NCBI GenBank assembly: GCA_046497275.1
Contig: JAWOFX010000088.1
Location: 1-32,000 of the forward strand
Length of the DNA: 32,000 nucleotides
Direction: 5' to 3'
From: Promethearchaeia archaeon
GTDB taxonomy: Archaea; Asgardarchaeota; Lokiarchaeia; Sigyniarchaeales; SOKP01
Positions 26,606 to 32,000 of the stretch are shown here, one piece after another; positions within the stretch are counted from its first letter, which is position 1; each line of letters starts with the position of its first letter. The notes under the pieces were generated by a model. That model did not search any database. It saw only the letters and a program-made list of their open reading frames with translations, and was not told where the DNA came from. The translations under genes were made by a program, and so were the position numbers.

Positions 26606-27610
26606 GTGATTATCATTTCAAAAAAGGAAACAAATGAAGAATATAATTTTAAAGATTGGACTGTTAATGAACTAAGGGATTTTGCAGCAACTAATAATAT
26701 TTCGATTCCAGCAGGATCTAGAAAAAATGAAATTATAGAATTATTAGAAGGTATTGTATCTCACCCTGATTTTGTTGATAGGACAAAAGAAGAGAATTTT
26801 GAAGAAGAGTTAATAGTGGGGGAAGAGGAAGATGATTTAGCTCCCTTATTTAAAGAAGATATGAAAAATCTAAAATTCTGGCATAAACCTCCTTACTCAA
26901 CTCTCCTAAATATTGAATTGGCAAAAGATTCAGACGTGGCTTTTTATGATTTATCTACATTAGTCGATAAATTCTTCGATAAAATGTTAAGAGAGGAATA
27001 TATTAATTATAAAATCTCCGGCATTGCATTGAAAACTTCAGCATCATTACATCATCACAAAATAAATAGTGTTATAAAGCAAGAGGAGGAGATCCAGAAA
27101 CAAGAAAAAATTGAAGAAATGAGAAAAAGAGCCAGGCGAAGAATTCCAAAAACCCTTTCTCAACCATTACGACCTAAAATGAAAATGACAAGTAAAGATG
27201 AATTATATGAAGCCATGAGGGCTGCTATAATTGAAACTATGCAAAAAAAAGAGAAACTTAAAAGAAGGAGATTAAAAAGAGAGCAGAAATTAGAAAAACG
27301 TAGAGAAGAAAAAGCAAAAGCTAATTTACCAAAAGAATTATTAAAACACATTAGTGGGAGAGAACAAACAATAGAAGAACTGCATAATTCATGGTTTAAT
27401 AAGATAAGAACTAAAATCAAACTTGAAAATAAAGAGGATACTTCCTTTTTTGACCTTATAAAATTAATCAATGAAGAGGAAGAGAGTTCGTTAGGAAGAA
27501 AATATGAATTTATAAGAATGTTTTTAGCACTAATGTTTTTAAGCACGAGCAATAAAATAGAATTGAATCAAGATCAAGAATTTAAAGATATTAAAATTTC
27601 TTTACCATAA
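26606..27610 (+). CDS. scpA: Kleisin ScpA with an N-terminal extension
   Basis: N-kleisin region (PPYSTLL...FYDLSTLVDKF...SGIAL..SASL) and C-terminal wHD FIRMFLALMFL...IELNQDQEFKDIKI; directly downstream of smc. Confidence 0.88.
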   Translation: MIIISKKETNEEYNFKDWTVNELRDFAATNNISIPAGSRKNEIIELLEGIVSHPDFVDRTKEENFEEELIVGEEEDDLAPLFKEDMKNLKFWHKPPYSTLLNIELAKDSDVAFYDLSTLVDKFFDKMLREEYINYKISGIALKTSASLHHHKINSVIKQEEEIQKQEKIEEMRKRARRRIPKTLSQPLRPKMKMTSKDELYEAMRAAIIETMQKKEKLKRRRLKREQKLEKRREEKAKANLPKELLKHISGREQTIEELHNSWFNKIRTKIKLENKEDTSFFDLIKLINEEEESSLGRKYEFIRMFLALMFLSTSNKIELNQDQEFKDIKISLP

Positions 27611-27645
27611 TACTAATTTTAATAAATAAGATAAAGGATTTGCTT

Positions 27646-28374
27646 ATGCCAGAAGAAAAATCACACAAGGATTTAGAAGCTAATGATCAAGAAAATAATA
27701 TGTCCCAATCTGATGAGATAAAGCAGCAAAATGATATTGAGACCGATAAAGATGACCAATCTAATAATAATCAAGAGGAAGAAGATTTTGATGATATGAT
27801 TAGAACTCAAGATTTGTTTCAATCTAATGGTGATCAAGAAGAGGTCTTACTTGAAGAGAATCTTGAAGATTATCAAAGAAATCTAATTGAAGGTGCCTTA
27901 TATGCTTCTGGAGAACCGTTAACAGTCGAGGAGATATATACAAGATTAGACATCTCCAAGAATGATGTTCAAAAATATCTAAATGAATTAATTGATATGT
28001 ATGAAACGAGGAGTACAGCGCTTACTATTATTAATATTGGAGATAAATATCAGATGCAAATTAAATCCGAATATACTGAACCGATTTCTCAATTTGCCGA
28101 GGGAGGTGGTTTAGCAGAGAAATATTTACGTACCCTTACAATAATAGCACTTAAGCAACCTATTTTAAAATCAATCTTAGTTAAGATTAGAGGTAGTGGT
28201 GCCTATGAGCATGTCCAATATTTAATTGATAATGGATTTTTAAACTCCATTAAAAAAGGGAGGACCTCTGAATTAACAACAACAGAAAAATATGCTGAGA
28301 CTTTTGGACTACCTAAAAACATCGAAGAAATGAAAAAAGAAATGGTTGCTCAATTGGGTATTGATAATGAATAA
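27646..28374 (+). CDS. scpB: KITE subunit ScpB with an acidic N-terminal tail
   Basis: IEGALYASGEPL, YQMQIK, LRTLTIIALKQPI, IRGSGAYEHVQYL and TTEKYAETFGL. Confidence 0.92.
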   Translation: MPEEKSHKDLEANDQENNMSQSDEIKQQNDIETDKDDQSNNNQEEEDFDDMIRTQDLFQSNGDQEEVLLEENLEDYQRNLIEGALYASGEPLTVEEIYTRLDISKNDVQKYLNELIDMYETRSTALTIINIGDKYQMQIKSEYTEPISQFAEGGGLAEKYLRTLTIIALKQPILKSILVKIRGSGAYEHVQYLIDNGFLNSIKKGRTSELTTTEKYAETFGLPKNIEEMKKEMVAQLGIDNE

Positions 28375-28378
28375 TATC

Positions 28379-30985
28379 TTATTTAAATAAAAAAATGTTT
28401 AGATTCATAGATTCAAATTTCTCATGTAAATCCGGGTTCTCATCGATTAATTCTTTTTCTTGATTTTTTAAAATCTGAATATCATTAATCCGGATAGTCT
28501 GAGAAACATCTTCAATTATATCCTTGATCATTTCGATCTGTTCTTTATTTGTGGTTATCTTCACTTTTTTCAATTCTTGGTTTAATGGAATTTTAAGTTT
28601 TGATTTCATACTTCTGAGATTTTGAATTAATTTGATTGCCAATTCACCTGATTCTGCTTTTTCTTCCGAAATGTCCCGATAAGCCCTAGGCCATTTTTCT
28701 AAATGAATAGAACTCAGTCCTATGAAATCTTTATAAATAAGAGCATATAGTTCCTCGGAAATAAAAGGCATAATAATAGCAAATATTTTAAGAATTCTAT
28801 AGAATAGATGTAATGCATTTTTCAATGAATTTTTTTTTATCTCTATATTGTCAGAATAAAATCTGTATTTTATTGCTTCGATATAATTATCACATAGCTC
28901 GTTCCAGAAGAAAGGTCTAAGAATCATAAATGCTTCATGCCAATTATAACCATCAAAACATTCTTCGATCTCCCCTAATTTTTTATTAAATTCAGTAAAA
29001 AAATAGTGATCTATAGGAGATAGGGAATTAATATCTATATCAAGGGTTTTAATTTCAATTTTATTTAGATTTATATTTAAAAATCTAAACGCATTCCATA
29101 TTTTCGTCAAAAATCGAGATGCTCCTATTAATTGGTCGTATCTTCTTTTATACTTTTTATTAAATTTTTCTTCAGATAGCCTTTTTTGCTCTTTCAGAAT
29201 TTTTTCGTCAGAAACAAGTTGTTTATTATGAATATTTATCCATGTATATTCAAATGGATAATCATCTCCTAAAGAACCCATCGCAGCCCATTGTCTAATG
29301 GCATCTGCTCCAAAATCTGGGAGAACTTCATCAGGAGTCACTACATTTCCATAACTTTTACTCATTTTTCTTCCATCAGGACCTGCTACCATTCCATTAA
29401 TCATAACTTCATCAAAAGGTGCTTTTCCAGTAAGCCTTTTACATCTAAATAATGTGTAAAATAACCATGTTCGAATTATTTCATATCCTTGAGGGCGATG
29501 GACCTTAGCATTCATATATGCTTTCTTAAAGAACTTTTCGTCATCTAACCATTTAGCGATTGCTAAAGGGGTTATACTTGAATCAATCCAGCAGTCACAA
29601 ACATCTTTTTCTCCAACTATTTTATCTCCACCACACTTTGGGCAGTTCTTTATAGGTGGAGACTTTTCTATTGGATCAATTGGCAAATCTTTTTCATTCG
29701 CAGGAATTATTTCTCCACATGATTCACAATACCAAAAAGGAATAGGAGTACCGAAAACTCTTTGCCGTGATATTACCCAATTCCAATCTAACCCTTCTGC
29801 CCAGTCTATCAATCTAATTTTATGCTTTTCAGGGAACCATTCCATAGACTCGCCTGATTTGATAATCTCATCTCTAAAATCCTTAACTTTAATAAACCAT
29901 TGGTAAACTGGCAAATATTCAATAGGTTTACGACATGAAGAGCGTTCTGAATGAATAATAATATTATGTTCATGATCTTCAATTTTTACTAAAAGTCCCA
30001 TCTTATCTAGATCTTTTATAATCTGCTCTCTTGCTTGTTCGATAGTTAATCCTTGATATTTCGAATTCTCATTCATTCGACCATCTTTAGTAAATAGCTG
30101 AATTTCATCGAGATCATATTCTAATTTCCATTTTATATCTGTTTCATCTCCATATGTACAACAATAGACTACTCCAGTACCAAAATTCATATCAACGTCC
30201 TTATCTACCCTTATTCTGACAGTACGATTGGCAATTGGTAATTTAACTTCAGCAGCAGAAAGATGATAATATCTATCATCATTTGGATGGATAAAAACAC
30301 CTACACAACTCTCCATCATTTCAGGACGGGTAGTTGCAATTTCAACAAATTCATCCTCTCTGCCAACTAAAGGTAATTTAATATACCAAAGTTTTCCTTT
30401 TTCTTCAGCATATCCCACTTCAGCTTTTGCTACCGAAGTTTGGCAATTAACACAAAAGTGTGTAGGGAATTTATCCCTATATAACCAACCTTCTTCAAAA
30501 AAATAAAGGAGAGATTTTTGGACTTTATATTTATACTCATCATCCATCGTACGATATGTATAATCCCAATCTGTTGAATATCCTAAATCATCAAACTGAA
30601 TTGTCATATCTCTAATATTATCTTCAACCCATTCAACACATTTTTGAAGAAATTGCTCTCTGTCATCCTTAGAAATACCATAATTATTCTCAACAGCAAG
30701 TTCCACGGGAAGTCCATGGCAATCAAACCCTTGGGGAAAATATACATTGTATTTCCCCTTCATTCTATGATATCGGGCGACAAAATCTATCCATGAATGA
30801 TTCAGTATATGTCCTAAATGTAAAGTTCCACTGACGAAGGGAGGGGGAGTATCGATACTAAATAGTTCCTTCCCATTTTTAGTTAAATCAAATTTATAAA
30901 TGCCATTTTCCTTCCAATAATTAATCCATTTCTTTTCTGTTTCTGTAAAATTAAATCGTTTGGGAAATGTTGCTTTCTTTTCCAT
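28379..30985 (-). CDS. valS: Valine--tRNA ligase (archaeal type)
   Basis: DTPPPFVSGTLHLGH, GFDCHGLP, ATTRPE, WVISRQRVFGTPIP and KMSKSYGN. Confidence 0.95.
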   Translation of the reverse strand: MEKKATFPKRFNFTETEKKWINYWKENGIYKFDLTKNGKELFSIDTPPPFVSGTLHLGHILNHSWIDFVARYHRMKGKYNVYFPQGFDCHGLPVELAVENNYGISKDDREQFLQKCVEWVEDNIRDMTIQFDDLGYSTDWDYTYRTMDDEYKYKVQKSLLYFFEEGWLYRDKFPTHFCVNCQTSVAKAEVGYAEEKGKLWYIKLPLVGREDEFVEIATTRPEMMESCVGVFIHPNDDRYYHLSAAEVKLPIANRTVRIRVDKDVDMNFGTGVVYCCTYGDETDIKWKLEYDLDEIQLFTKDGRMNENSKYQGLTIEQAREQIIKDLDKMGLLVKIEDHEHNIIIHSERSSCRKPIEYLPVYQWFIKVKDFRDEIIKSGESMEWFPEKHKIRLIDWAEGLDWNWVISRQRVFGTPIPFWYCESCGEIIPANEKDLPIDPIEKSPPIKNCPKCGGDKIVGEKDVCDCWIDSSITPLAIAKWLDDEKFFKKAYMNAKVHRPQGYEIIRTWLFYTLFRCKRLTGKAPFDEVMINGMVAGPDGRKMSKSYGNVVTPDEVLPDFGADAIRQWAAMGSLGDDYPFEYTWINIHNKQLVSDEKILKEQKRLSEEKFNKKYKRRYDQLIGASRFLTKIWNAFRFLNINLNKIEIKTLDIDINSLSPIDHYFFTEFNKKLGEIEECFDGYNWHEAFMILRPFFWNELCDNYIEAIKYRFYSDNIEIKKNSLKNALHLFYRILKIFAIIMPFISEELYALIYKDFIGLSSIHLEKWPRAYRDISEEKAESGELAIKLIQNLRSMKSKLKIPLNQELKKVKITTNKEQIEMIKDIIEDVSQTIRINDIQILKNQEKELIDENPDLHEKFESMNLNIFLFK

Positions 30986-31175
30986 AATTGAATCAAAGTT
31001 TTAAAGAATTAATAATGGTAATGAATTAACAAATTATAGATTTTCGACTCTAATTTTTCTGAGATTGATATTAATAAAAAATTTAAATTAAATCTGAAGA
31101 ATTTATTTAATTTCTTTTCATAAAATAAATGCAATAAATATCTATCAATATATTTAATTAAGGAAACAAGTGAAA

Positions 31176-31853
31176 TCAAGATTTCCATTTTTTTATTGCT
31201 TGGTTAAATTTAGTAGTATAGCCAGTGTGAGCGGTTAATAAAATCTCTATATTCTCTAATTTTGCAATTTTTTTTATAGAACTATTAACATCATCAAAAT
31301 CATGGCAGATAATTTTAATAAATGCTTTGACTTTCCCATCTTTCAATCTTAACAAATCTCCTGTAAATAGAAATTTTTCATCAACCAAATAAGCCGTATG
31401 ACCTTTCCTATGACCAGGTGTGCTAATCGCATGAATTCTAATATCTCCCACTTTCATCACTTCTCCATCATCTAAGAATTTATACTTTTCTGGATTTTTG
31501 ATTTTAGTTTTTTTTCCAAAATATATCTTTTTATCTTCAAATAATGAAAGTCCTCCTACATGATCTATATCAGAATGGGTTAAGAAGACATGTGATATAT
31601 TTTCAGGTTTTAGATTTAATTTAGTTAATTCTTTTTTCATTTTCCTTTTAGTAAACCCCGCATCTATTAAAATTTTCTCTGAATTTTTAGTAAAGATAAA
31701 ACTTGAAGCAAAATAATTTTTAATGGCAATTATATTTTCGGTTATATGTCCTGTTGATGGAACATAGAATATTAACTTTAAAAGTATATAAAACAGAAGG
31801 ATTATAATACATAGAATTCCTAACAAGATTATTATTACAAAATACCATTCCAT
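31176..31853 (-). CDS. Metallo-beta-lactamase-fold hydrolase with an N-terminal membrane anchor
   Basis: N-terminal TM helix, IDAG, THSDIDH, TPGHRKGH, FTGD and TAH. Confidence 0.88.
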   Translation of the reverse strand: MEWYFVIIILLGILCIIILLFYILLKLIFYVPSTGHITENIIAIKNYFASSFIFTKNSEKILIDAGFTKRKMKKELTKLNLKPENISHVFLTHSDIDHVGGLSLFEDKKIYFGKKTKIKNPEKYKFLDDGEVMKVGDIRIHAISTPGHRKGHTAYLVDEKFLFTGDLLRLKDGKVKAFIKIICHDFDDVNSSIKKIAKLENIEILLTAHTGYTTKFNQAIKKWKS

Positions 31854-31912
31854 TTAAATCATTAATTAATAATTTTAATTCCTTTTTGTTATATATAAGG
31901 ATTATATATAGA

Positions 31913-32000
31913 TGGACCTGACGGGAATTGAACCCGTGGCCTCTTGAAGTCCTGGACTCCACGGAAAGTGGAATATCTTGCGAATCAAGCGATCTTCCGC
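31913..32000 (-). tRNA. tRNA-Ala(CGC) with a 30-nt intron at 37/38; 5' end beyond the window
   Basis: Anticodon stem CTTGA/TCAAG with anticodon CGC (31982-31980); T arm ACGGG-TTCAATT-CCCGT; acceptor 3' strand CAGGTCC plus A73, with U70 (Ala identity); intron ~31978-31949; no encoded CCA. Confidence 0.93.

Noticed and set aside
331-27552. Antisense or overlapping ORF-track entries (e.g. 331-627, 3666-3854, 4328-4540, 5622-5816, 6461-6718, 7543-7854, 11140-11367, 12743-12943, 13441-13674, 15354-15608, 17632-18171, 22131-22349, 23006-23631, 25473-26454, 27160-27552)
   Set aside because: These are shadow ORFs opposite well-supported genes. Their F/L/S/I-rich composition is what the reverse complement of K/E-rich coding sequence produces.
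31720-31962. 80-aa ORF spanning the tRNA and the MBL gene start
   Set aside because: It overlaps the tRNA gene and is spurious.

Overview
Very AT-rich archaeal chromosomal DNA, most likely from an Asgard archaeon (Lokiarchaeia/Promethearchaeia-like). This placement is inferred from the archaeal housekeeping genes (L15e, RNase P Rpp30/Pop5, archaeal-type ValRS, PyrI, Rqc2/NFACT, DUF2095, intron-containing tRNA-Ala) occurring together with two eukaryotic-signature-like ORFs (RAB5IF/OPTI-EMC6-like and longin/NPRL2-like). The window holds about 28 CDSs, a clear unannotated box C/D guide RNA (17207-17283), a 5'-truncated tRNA-Ala(CGC) at the right edge, and a repeat/hairpin-rich fragment at the left edge. 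The strongest candidate for an undescribed system is the degenerate cdc6-like/smc/scpA/scpB cluster (20810-28374). Its SMC has canonical ATPase head motifs and sits with ScpA and ScpB, but it is 1481 aa long and has no recognisable hinge or zinc hook. Its apex is instead a tandem-duplicated ~71-aa helical unit, and both arms contain tandem 97/98-aa and 90-aa repeats. Its ScpA carries an extra N-terminal HeH/SAP/Rho_N-like motif. All family assignments come from motif recognition by eye; no database searches were run.
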